NCBI GenBank assembly: GCA_025603075.1
Contig: MU626278.1
Coordinates: forward strand, 62,001-126,000
From: Neoconidiobolus thromboides FSU 785
Lineage: Eukaryota > Fungi > Entomophthoromycota
Reading direction: 5' to 3'
DNA length: 64,000 bases
Of this stretch, positions 40,535 to 51,305 are shown piece by piece. The notes under the pieces are model-generated. The model was not told the DNA's origin, did not search any database, and saw only the letters and a list, made by a program, of their open reading frames with translations. The position numbers and the translations under genes are program-made. Position 1 is the stretch's first letter; the number at the start of each line of letters is the position of its first letter.

Positions 40535-42021
40535 ATGGACTCTCTTAATTTCAAAGGAACCCTTGAGGGTAATACTTTATTTCATTATTAGCTTAGTTTT
40601 AGTTTACATATATAATTATTAAATCAAATATATATATCAGTTAAAGACAAAAACATAAAAACGACAATAACACCATTGTGAAACAATAAGACGAAGTTCT
40701 GATATAGCAAAAGAAAAGTTTAATATAATTTATAATAAATAAATTGATGGATGCATCCAAGTTGTAAACTAAAAAAGTCAAAGAAAACATGAAATTTCAA
40801 TGCTCATTTTCTAAAATTTAAATTTACAGCTCACCAAAACTGGGTAACTGCCCTTGCCACCACTGAAGACCCAAATGTCTTAATTTCTGCCTCTCGTGGT
40901 AAGCATATATTAAAACTTAAAAAGAAAAACTGTTTAACTAAAGACAGTGGGTTAAATAGACAAGAGTGTCATCGTCTGGGACTTAAAACGTGAAGATTTA
41001 GCTTACGGTGTTCCCCGTAAATCTCTCCGTGGTCATAACCACTTCATTTCAGATGTTGCTGTTTCATCTGACGGTCAATTCGTATTAACTTCTTCTTGGG
41101 ATAAAACCCTCCGTCTTTGGGACTTAAGCACTGGTAACACCACCCGTCAATTCGTCGGCCACACTGATGTAATTTTATTATCTCTTTTCTTATTTTTTTA
41201 CTGATTATTTTTATTAGGATGTTCTTTCAGTTTCTTTCTCTGCTGATAACCGTCAAATTGTCTCCAGTTCCCGTGATAAAACTATTAAGCTTTGGAACAC
41301 TGTCGGAGAATGTAAATTCGATATCACTACTGATAACCACAGTGACTGGATTTCATGTGTCCGTTTCTCTCCAAACCCAGCCAACCCATTAATTGTTTCT
41401 GCTGGTTGGGATAAAGTTGTTAAGGTAAGTTTTACTCTAATTCAAAATTATTTAAGCACATGATGTTTTGTGATACTTGCTACTTCTGAGCTTGGTCGCC
41501 AAGCAATGAGAAGTTAAAAACCCACATGTTTGTCTGAGGCTTATTACAAAATATGAATTTATGTCACTTTTTTTAACAAGGCTAAACAATGTTATTAGGT
41601 ATGGGATCTTACTAAATTCAAGCTCCGTACCAACCACAAAGGACACTCTGGACCAGTTAATGATGTTACCGTATCACCAGATGGTTCCCTCTGTGCTTCC
41701 GGAGGTAAAGATGGCATTACCATGCTTTGGGATCTCAATGAAGGTAAACATCTTTACTCCCTTGAAGCTAACAGCTCCATCAACGCTTTGGTTTTCTCAC
41801 CAAATCGTTACTGGCTTTGCACTGCCACCTCCAGCTCCATCAAAGTATGGGACTTGGAATCAAAGACCATTGTCAGTGAACTTACTCCAGAGTTTACCAA
41901 CGTTGGTAAAAAATCTAACGACCCAGAATGTATTTCCCTTGCTTGGTCTTACGATGGTTCTACCCTCTTTGCTGGTTATACTGATGGTATTATCCGTGTT
42001 TGGGGAGTTGATCACTCTTAA
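40535..42021 (+). CDS. ASC1: RACK1 / G-beta-like WD40 ribosomal protein (Asc1/Cpc2), 5 exons
   Basis: [89 protein letters not shown]. Confidence 0.98.
41453..41543 (+). ncRNA. snR24: Intronic box C/D snoRNA, U24/snR24 family
   Basis: In RACK1 intron 4: terminal stem TAAGC/GCTTA, C box ATGATGT (41460), guide ATACTTGCTACTT, D' CTGA (41486), hairpin GCTTGG-TCG-CCAAGC, C' ATGAGA (41506), D CTGA (41534). The guide and both variant C boxes match yeast snR24 as recalled, and yeast snR24 lies in the ASC1 intron. Confidence 0.9.
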
Positions 42022-42254
42022 ATTGGGTAAAATATCCAAATAAAATACCAAAAAATTAATTTATAAATTAAAGACAATAGATTAAGTTGTTTAAATGCAT
42101 GCTATCGACTGAATTATTTTTATGATATTACATTAAAATGAATATAAGTTGCACTTATTAGGAACAAGTAAAGATTATTAGACAAAAAGTAGGGAATTAA
42201 TTTATTATTTTTATAAGATATAATACAATGTAAAACGGATATTGAAGAAAAAGA

Positions 42255-42895
42255 TTATAATATATTGCTTTCAGTACTATTAAAATTTCTATATACAGCA
42301 TATGGATTTGAAATAATTGTAGGGTAATCTGTTTGAGATTTAGCTGCTGTACAAGATATCTCTACTGGCTTAATGACCATCCATTTTGACAATTGATTGT
42401 AGATAAATGTGGCACGTATGGTCATAGATTTAGGGCAAGGGTTTGGGGCTAACCATTCAAACTCTGTATTTGAACTTTTTTCTGAATTATCTTTGTGTGT
42501 GATTACTGAATCTTTTTGATAATTAAATCTCTTACACCTCTTTTCATTATCTTTAAATGTTTTGGTATCATATGTAAACGAACCTACTCGATCCTTATCC
42601 GTTTCTCCTTGTACATACAGTAGTAGTCCATGGTAATAGGGCACCAGAGCACTTACTTTAAGTGTCAGTTTACCTCCAGCTGTCACTTTACAATCCCCAC
42701 AGCTTACACTACAAATGATTAGTTTATACAAAAAAATTGATATTAAGTTTACTTGTATTTAAAGGACTCAGTGTTATCGCCACCCATACAACCTGAGGTC
42801 TTTTCAGCATCAGATTCACACAAAGGAGAGCCATTCGGTAAGGCAGTAATCAAAGTTAAGATATAGTTTAAATAGAACAATTTCAATAACCACAT
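42255..42895 (-). CDS. Secreted Reeler-domain protein
   Basis: Signal peptide MWLLKLFYLNYILTLITA, then LPNGSPLC, one intron, then YHGLLLYVQ...VGSF...C...VITHKDNSEKSSNTEFEWLAP, which is the Reeler pattern. 3' end uncertain. Confidence 0.8.
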
Positions 42896-44732
42896 TCAAT
42901 TTTATAAAAAATAATAATAAGAGCTTTAATAAAGAAAGAGAAGCAAAAGTTTAAGTGGAGGAATTTTTAAGCTTTAATGGTGGTAAAAGCAGGAGAATTA
43001 ATTTCAAACATACAAGTAAAAACTTTATTTTTTAATTTAAAAGTCCGTTTCTTTTATTTTTTAATACAAGCTGGTAGTTCCTTTTATTTTTACGATCCTT
43101 TTCTTATAGATAGCTTATTTATTTTTCGATCAATTTCATTTTCCGTTGCAGACTAAAATTTCCGGATAGATTGTCTCTTTGAATTTAATTGGCTAAATTA
43201 GAATTAAATAGTGAAATTTGCCCTTTTTGATTTTGGATTTTTAAGATTTAAGCCACTAGGGTTTCTTTTTTAAACTTCGGTAGTTGGACTATTTTAGTTT
43301 ATGAAAACTGGATTTTAATGTATATTGAAAATATAAAAGTATAATAAAGTTTATTTTTAGATTATTCAATTCGAATATCTTTTTTATGTTTTGCCATTAG
43401 TATCTTTTTCAGTTAGAAATTTTATAGCCACTTTAATTATTAATCCATACGAAAGACTTGATTTATTTAAGACAATAGAAGTTTACAAGAAAGGAGTACT
43501 TTTATAAGTCTATTTTTGCCATTTCAAATAACAGAAGATTGTAACTATTTTTTAAGAGACATATTAAGCTGCTGGGATCTCTTTAAAGTAATTCGAAAAG
43601 TTATTAAATATTGAATTTATTTCATTGACATAGATACAATTTGGTGACGTTTTTTGTTTTCATTTATTTGTCTATTTCTAACGCAATAAATATTGCCCAT
43701 CCAATTTAACTATTTTTTTTTCCATTTGTTATTTATTCAGTTTAAGCTTAACTATGGAATTTAGATCTGGTGTACTTTCTAAAAAGTATAGATATTATAT
43801 TTTTACACGATTTAGTTTATTTAATCATATATTATTTACTCATACCCTAAGTTACAATTTAATTCCTTTAAATAAGTTAGAGTTGTATATTTGTATTTAA
43901 ATTGGACAAACAACAATTTAAAAAACAACTACATCTAAATTAGATCATAACAGTTGAAAAGTTTCTAAGTTGAATTCTCATATAAAAAGGCACTCACATT
44001 TATGTTTCCTAAAATTTAGTAAATTAAAGAGCTATTTTTATACATCTTAAAACATGAATGTTTTTCTTTAGAGCCTGAAGGCTTAAGCATTTAATATAGA
44101 AAAAAAGCTGTAAAATCATATAAATACCTTTTAGTTCCATTTATTTGTCCATTTTTTATTCACTAAAATTTAAAAAGTAAAAAGATAATTAATAGCTGAA
44201 ACAAAAAAGATGATCCTAGATCAAGCCTCAGTTATGAATGTTAGGTTAGTTCATATGTTCCATTACGCTTTTATACGTATAGATTAACCGTGAGAATATA
44301 CAGCTGAGAGAGCAAAAGAAATTACTTGCAGTCATTCATTGCTATAAATAAAAATATCACAGATGCTGCAACTCTAATGCGAATTAATAATTTGCGAAAT
44401 TTTCAGATTCAGGTACTTTATATTGTTTAGATTTTTTATAGCCTAATGATATTTTTCTATTTTTAAATAAGCAGTTAATTTAATCGCAATAAACTTGGAA
44501 CAGGTGTAGCTGTTGAAGCAAAAAATCTGCTTGTTTTTTATGCAAGCGAAAATGTAACGTAACACGTAGATAGACATAATACCCCTTATTAGGTATCTAA
44601 CTAAAATCGAGGATTTTAGTCACTATAGTGGCTTACTTAAACTCATAAAAAAACTATGGTCAGTTATCTTTTATGTTAAATTACACTAAATGAAATTGCA
44701 TAATTAAATCTATGCTTTTCAGGGATCTATGA

Positions 44733-45271
44733 TTGAGGATGAGTAAATTGCTATCAATAAACCGTGTCAGGATTAGACCAGTATGGAACCAATGTCATAT
44801 CAATAAAAGAGGCTGTAATTTAACAATATCTACTTGTGATAAATGTGCGGAAAAAGGGCTGAGGTGTACAAGGGATCGAAAAATACTAAAAAACCAACAG
44901 TATGTGAGAATGAAGGTTTTCATTCACGTGCATTTATGTTATTAAAACCAAACAAAACTAAAACTGGGAAAAGGGCGGAGAGTATTATACATTTTAATCA
45001 CATATACTTTAATCAACCCAAATTCTGTGTGAATGAAAGTCGGTTCAACTCTAACGTTTCTATAGTCTTTGTTTTTCATATTAAGATGTCTCATTCTTAT
45101 ACTATATCAGGTCAAAGCTCTTATTTTTATTATAAAGCTACTTCAAGTCAATACTTTAATCAACTTTTTAGTTATTTACCATTATTTGACTCATCATATA
45201 CTATTGTAAAAAAGGGTACAAATATATATTTAAGAATGTCAGAACTTATAACTTTTTATTTTAAAGTTTAA
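44733..45271 (+). pseudogene. Zn(II)2Cys6 (GAL4-type) transcription factor with first Cys replaced by Trp; probably decayed
   Basis: VWNQCHINKRGCNLTISTCDKCAEKGLRCTRDRK has Cx2Cx6Cx6Cx2Cx6C spacing with W at C1. Continuation in another frame includes YFNQLFSYLPLFD, resembling the fungal TF middle domain, and then hits stops. Confidence 0.6.
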
Positions 45272-45610
45272 CCTATTGCTACAACTATGTACATATAATC
45301 AATTCATAATTCAACAAAAGGGATATTATAGTAATTCGTTCTATGATATTAAATGAATTGGTCCATGTTAACAATGCTGATAGATCATCTGATTTGAAGG
45401 GTTTTTAGAAGATAAGTTATTGAACCATTTTCATCAACTAAGTAAATTGAAAATCAACCTAAGTAATATCCAATCAATGGTAATACTATTAAATGGATTA
45501 AGAGAAGTTAGTTTAACCCTACTATCTTATTGTTTTTTCCAACCTATACAACTATTACGTCTTGTTAGGCTTACATTTGAACTGCAAAGGTGATATTGAA
45601 AAAAAGTTAT

Positions 45611-45710
45611 GGGGATGTATTTTTGTGTTTAAGAATTCTACTAACAAATTTTTCACTTAAATAGCGCTTAAAAAATAGAAAAAGTAATGAAGCCAAAAAA
45701 AAACACTCTC
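45611..45710 (+). mobile_element. ~100 bp MITE, copy H
   Basis: GGGGATGTATTTT...AAACACTCTC with a perfect TTAT/TTAT TSD. Confidence 0.9.
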
Positions 45711-46064
45711 TTATGCTATTCAGCAATTACACATTTACTTTCTATTAGCAATCCTTACTGTAATATATTATTTAATACTTATGACTTATAGAAAAAAGAT
45801 GAGAGAGTGACAAAATCAAATAAGAATGTGATAATTGAAGCAACAATTCTGCTGATACTGTTAGTGTATTCAAACTATTATTATAAAACCAGTTTATTTT
45901 TTAAACTTCTTTTCAGTATCTTATTAAATATTAATTGATTGAATATGAGCAATGAAAAAGTGATAAAGGGCTCTAATTTGTTGGAAACTTTGATGAATTT
46001 CATTTGTAAAGCTGTAATAAGGAAATTAGAATTTATTAAAAGAAGTATTCCAAGTAAAACATCT

Positions 46065-46163
46065 GAGGATGTCTTTTTTGGCTTCATCACTTTTTCTATC
46101 TTTTGAGCGCTATTTGGGTAGAAAAATTCTCAGTAAAATCCTTAAGCATAAAAATACCTCGCC
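46065..46163 (-). mobile_element. ~100 bp MITE, copy I
   Basis: GAGGATGTCTTTT...AATACCTCGCC with a perfect ATCT/ATCT TSD. Confidence 0.9.
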
Positions 46164-47074
46164 ATCTAGTGAAATCATTAATGGACAAATTGATTGTATT
46201 AAGATTTTTTACCATACTAATTGGGTTGGGTTGTATGATACTAAACGTTCAGCCGTAAGTAGAAACGAAGAAAGTCTGTAATTTAGATATTAGCGAGTGA
46301 GAAACCAAAAGGTTTGCGTCTATTGGAAAATCATATTTGATTATTGATTCTTTATGATTCTAATTTAACATCAAAATATTGCTTTTGAATTCAGTTTTTT
46401 GACTACTTGGGATTTCTCATTGCTCTCTCTCCTTATACGAAATGGTTAACCAATACCTCTTTTTTGTTTGATTAGATATTGGACCAAGTTAGTAAATATA
46501 CAAAAATAATGATATGAAGTTAATATCGCTTACTAATATTATAACTCAAGTTAATAGAAAATAAAATCAATTTGAACATGTATTTTAATGAAGAGTTTGA
46601 TTAGTTATTTTTAAATCTTATGTTAAATAAAAGATGGGATACACTACATAATAACAAAAACTGGTGGACAATTTGCTAAAAATATTAGTATAATCAAAAA
46701 CATAGTTTTACAACGACACAGTATTGATAATTATAGCTTTAGGAATATTTTAAAATTACCAGTAAACTTATTCAACTTAGCTAGGTTTAAATTTATAAAC
46801 TTTATATGTACATTTTTATTGAGATCCTGAAGGAGCCAAAGGCCTCAAGTGTTTTGTTTGTGGGTGTGAGTTTAATAAAAATGAAAATGGAGTTGATAAT
46901 AATTAAGTGTAAAGGTGAATTAATAGTAAGGTAAAAAATGCTAGGATGAAAATTAGACAGCCGATATGACTAATTTTGAAGTTAGGGAAAATGAATTTTT
47001 TTACTGCCAATCAATTTACAAGGTTTCCAAAAATCAAAACTAGGTAGAACCAAATCTTAAAGTCGTCCTCATAT

Positions 47075-47169
47075 GGGGATATATATTTTTAAGAATTTTA
47101 CTACCAATCTTTCCACTTAAATGGCACTTAAAAGATGGAAAAAGTAATAAAACCAGAAAAAACATCCTC
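47075..47169 (+). mobile_element. ~100 bp MITE, copy J
   Basis: GGGGATATATATTTT...AAAACATCCTC with a perfect ATAT/ATAT TSD. Confidence 0.9.
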
Positions 47170-47839
47170 ATATATTAAAACTTTGCACTATTTTATTTTT
47201 TTGATTACTATCAAAATATAAGATCTTTATGTCTCATTATTAGTATCTCCTTTAGCTATTGAATTTCTTAAAGTTAGTTTTAGTTAATAAAAAGAATGAA
47301 AAGTTTGGCTATCATTGCAAAAATGTAAAAGAAATGTCAACATTTAAAAATTCAAACAAATAATGCAAATTTACCTTAAGAGAATGAATACAACATAGTA
47401 TTTTAAAACTTTAATAAAATAGTTATTTTTGTACAGGACAATATAAAATCCTACGCTAATAAGGTAAAACATGGGAATGTTTTGGTTTCCTTTATGTCTA
47501 TTTTTTATGCAATGTAGAATTTAAAAAGTGTTAACCAAATATTGAAGAAAGATATACTTGATATAAAATAAAATAATATTATACAAATTTAATTACATGT
47601 GCAACTATCTCCAGTATTCCTTTTTAACAGAGTTTCTTTATGTTGGCTTAATAAAGACTATTGTCAGCTACGTATTTTTCACTAAAGAATTGATTTTCAA
47701 CTAATAAAATTCAAAATCAAAATTTGAATCCAAGATTTAACTTTACTGATAATCTAATCAGAATCCCAAATTTCTACTTTATCCTTGATTTTTGCAATTT
47801 TACAAAATAAAAGTAAACCAACATTTTATTTTAAAAGTA

Positions 47840-49927
47840 ATGTTTCGAATTAACAGATCCATCCAAATTCGAAGTACAAGTATAATAGATAGACTCTATA
47901 AACTACGGAATGGCAATCAAATAATCATAAAGAGGAACAGTAGCTATGGGACCAATTCAGTATTTATTAAAGAAATAAATGAAAATCATGGAGAAATAAA
48001 CGGTGCAGAAGGTTTATTAATCGAGGATATTAAAGAGTTGACGAATTTACTACAAAAACAAGTGAAGCTAAAAGTACAGGATAGAAATTTACATTTTGAA
48101 GCTAACATTCGATTGTTCAAATCAATAGAAGATAGGATTAAATTACATGATAATGATGTTAATAGCAGTTTACTAACAAATTACAACAGATTGTTCCAAC
48201 TTTTATTTTTATTACTGAGGCATAATAAACTGGAAGGTAGTGCATATAGATTATTTAATTTGGTTCCTTTTATACTGGAGAACAGTTTAAGTATAAGTAA
48301 TCATGTAAAATTGAACATGGTAGCAGTTGTAATGAATAGACTAATAAATATTGAGAAAGATGGGATAGCGTGTTCAAAAGTATATGAACAAGTATTAAGT
48401 TCAGGACATAAAGGAAATGTATTTATATTAAATTATGCTATACAGAGTTATCTATCATTAAACCAAAGGGAGGAGGTAAAAAGGATAGTTAGAGAAATGA
48501 AACAAAGGAAGATTCGATTTAATTTGTATACGTTTAATATTTTATTAAAAGATTGTAGCCATAGAAAAGATTTTATAGAGTTTAAATATTGGTGGCTACA
48601 GTTACAAAAGAGTAAATTAAAGTTGGATTCGTATACTAGAAGTTCGATATTATATAATTTAGTTATTCATAATAAACTAAATCTAAGTGACCAGCTATTT
48701 CAACAATATATTAGAAATCCTAAGATTGTAAATGACAACAAAGAAAGAATGATATTAATAACGATAATGATTAACACAGCTGATGATTTAGAATCTGGAA
48801 TCAATTATATAAAGTTAGCATGTAAAGAAGAAATGAATTTGTTACATAGTGATACTAAGTTAATGACTACTGTTTTAAAATTATTTATTAAATTTAATCA
48901 ATTTGAAGCCAATAATCAATTATTTACTTATTTATTAAATAACCAACAAGCAAATAGTAAACATATTTACCAAATGATAGCTAACTATTCTAAACAAAAT
49001 AAATTAATAGAAGCAACTAAATTATTAACCTTACCTATAATTCATGAAGAAGATGAATTATTTTTAAATTATAAATTAATTAAAGAATTTTCAATCAAAT
49101 TTTCAACAAATGATTTATTAAAAACAACACAATTAATTAAATATAATAATAATAAAAATAGTAATAATAATAATAAATTGTATTTTGGTATTTATCATAC
49201 CATACTAAAAACATTATTATATCGTATAGAATCATATCAACCAATTAAAAAGAAATCCAGTGATCATAAGAGACAAATGGAATATTATACGTCTTTGTTA
49301 ATTGAAAGGATGGTAGATTATAACTTAATAAACTCAGTATCAACAAATGATTTAGATTTGCGTACTATTACTTTATTAGCAAAGGCATACCTTTATCTTA
49401 ATGAATATGAAAAAGCAGATAAATTAATCAAACCATATTTCAATGAGATAGAAGATGAAGATTATTATTTAATAATGAATACACATCCATTACTTGCCAC
49501 CAAAAAGAGAATATCAACAAGCACCTTATTATATAATTTAATTGAAACTAAGTTACCTAAATTTAATACAAATAAACAGAAAGGAAGCAGGAATTTAAAT
49601 AATAAAGTAGAACTGGTGGATGTTTATATATTGGAAATTAAAATGCAAATATTAATTTCTTATCAAAAATATCAACGAGTATTTTTATTATATCATTATT
49701 ATAAAAATAATTCAAAAATTAAAAACTCCATTGATTTTTTAATCCATTCTTTATACGCTCTACATTCTTTAGATACTACTACTTTTAATGAAATGAGTAA
49801 ACAAAAATTAATTTTAAATTTATTAAAAAAAATTGATGTTCTCTTCCCAACAAACAAACAGTTGCTCTTAAAGAGAGTGAATTTGTTTTATTCTAATGAT
49901 CCTGAGTTTATTGATATTTACTTTTAA
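47840..49927 (+). CDS. Pentatricopeptide-repeat (PPR)-like protein, probably mitochondrial
   Basis: Intronless ORF with a basic N-terminus (MFRINRSIQIRS) and PPR-like helices (NVFILNYAIQSY, FNLYTFNILLKDC, LDSYTRSSILYNL, IYHTILKTL). First ATG at 47840. Confidence 0.7.
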   Translation: MFRINRSIQIRSTSIIDRLYKLRNGNQIIIKRNSSYGTNSVFIKEINENHGEINGAEGLLIEDIKELTNLLQKQVKLKVQDRNLHFEANIRLFKSIEDRIKLHDNDVNSSLLTNYNRLFQLLFLLLRHNKLEGSAYRLFNLVPFILENSLSISNHVKLNMVAVVMNRLINIEKDGIACSKVYEQVLSSGHKGNVFILNYAIQSYLSLNQREEVKRIVREMKQRKIRFNLYTFNILLKDCSHRKDFIEFKYWWLQLQKSKLKLDSYTRSSILYNLVIHNKLNLSDQLFQQYIRNPKIVNDNKERMILITIMINTADDLESGINYIKLACKEEMNLLHSDTKLMTTVLKLFIKFNQFEANNQLFTYLLNNQQANSKHIYQMIANYSKQNKLIEATKLLTLPIIHEEDELFLNYKLIKEFSIKFSTNDLLKTTQLIKYNNNKNSNNNNKLYFGIYHTILKTLLYRIESYQPIKKKSSDHKRQMEYYTSLLIERMVDYNLINSVSTNDLDLRTITLLAKAYLYLNEYEKADKLIKPYFNEIEDEDYYLIMNTHPLLATKKRISTSTLLYNLIETKLPKFNTNKQKGSRNLNNKVELVDVYILEIKMQILISYQKYQRVFLLYHYYKNNSKIKNSIDFLIHSLYALHSLDTTTFNEMSKQKLILNLLKKIDVLFPTNKQLLLKRVNLFYSNDPEFIDIYF

Positions 49928-50102
49928 TAAAGTTATAATAAAAGTTGACCTATTTAATTTTATATCTTTCTTTTGTGTTTATTTTATTTAAAGTTTCATT
50001 TTCAAATTTAATTATTTTATTACATATTATATCATTTCTATTATTTTTTACCTTAATTGTAATTTAATAACACATATTAACAATCAAATTCTATACTTTT
50101 AT

Positions 50103-51305
50103 TTATTTTTTAGGTTGAAACATCTGAGCTTCTTTCATCTGTAATATACGTTTTTTATCCTCTTCAAACTGGGATCTCAAGTTGGCCAATTCTAAAAAAT
50201 GAAGTATAAGTAACCAATCTAACAAGATAATAATCAAAAAATACTTACGCTGCTTTTTAAAATTCTTGGTTTCAAACCTATAAAAATTAGCAATGGGTAC
50301 TGGTTTACCAAAACCTTCTAATTCGACTTTTTGTTTTATAATCTTTGCTTTTTTATGGCTTATTGCTTTCACTGTAGCTGAACCTGAAGTATGTGTACCG
50401 CGTGTGGTCACCTTTACAAACCCATCTTCATCGGGAAGATCATAAACTCTATCAGCTTCATATTTTTGAACTTCGAGATGATGTTGGTACTCGGTAACGA
50501 ATTCATTCGCATATGCCATTAATGCTTCAGAGCTTGGACGACTTATATTGTATTTATTGATCCAACCTAAAATGAGATTATGATTATCAAAATACTTTAT
50601 GTTTTATATAATAAACTTACGCAATAAACCACTATTTTCTTTGTTTGATCTTTCAGGTACTATGGTAGCTAATTCTTCATTGATTATGTTATTTTGGTTA
50701 TCAGCTTTAAGTCTCAAGTTTAACAAGTAATTCATATCTTCTATAGTGTTAAAACTAGCATAGGCAAAGCTTGGAAATTTAATTAATTGGTAATCTAATA
50801 CAGTCTCTTTGATAGCAAATAAAGGATCTAAAGTCCTAACGGTAGTTGTATTTTTCTTACGAAATTCGACATTTCCTTTACTTCCTTTATCTCCATTACT
50901 TTCATTACAATGAATATGAATTTTATTGACACTTATTTTCTTAGTTTTATTAGAGTTTTGTAATACATTTTTAACATCTTTTTCAACAAAATCAACTGGT
51001 AAATTATAAAAAAATAAAGTACGTTCTGTTGGGAAATTGATGGGATTTAACCCAATTGGAAAACTACTTGCAGTTGAATGCTTCTTAAAATAGATGTAAT
51101 TTACTTGTTTTTTACCATCGATATTTTTAATGTTATATGGTAATATTTTAAACCCTTTAATTTCTTTTAACTCAATTTCATCCTCCCTTTTATTTGTTTG
51201 CTTCTTTTCTGTCTTTTTCCCTTGTCCTATCTTACTCAAGGTGGGCTGACTTTTAACATCCTTCTTGAATGTCTCTTTTTTATTTTTTGTTACTTTTACT
51301 TTCAT
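50103..51305 (-). CDS. RRP7: Ribosomal RNA-processing protein RRP7
   Basis: N-terminal RRM-like region (RTLFFYNLPVD). C-terminal PDEDGFVKVT, NFYRFE and LRSQFEEDKKRILQMK. Confidence 0.92.

Noticed and set aside
41452-42051. ORFs 41452(-), 41561(+) and 41860(-)
   Set aside because: Shadows of the RACK1 last exon and the snoRNA intron.
45611-46163. Inverted MITE pairs (H/I, also C/D) acting as the long TIRs of one composite transposon
   Set aside because: H and I each carry their own perfect TSD (TTAT; ATCT), and the outer flanks of the pair differ, so they are independent insertions.
44060-46860. Shared GAGCC..AAGGC.T.AAG motif at ~44070 and ~46830 suggesting a third repeat family
   Set aside because: Similarity is limited to ~20 bp and could not be extended by eye.
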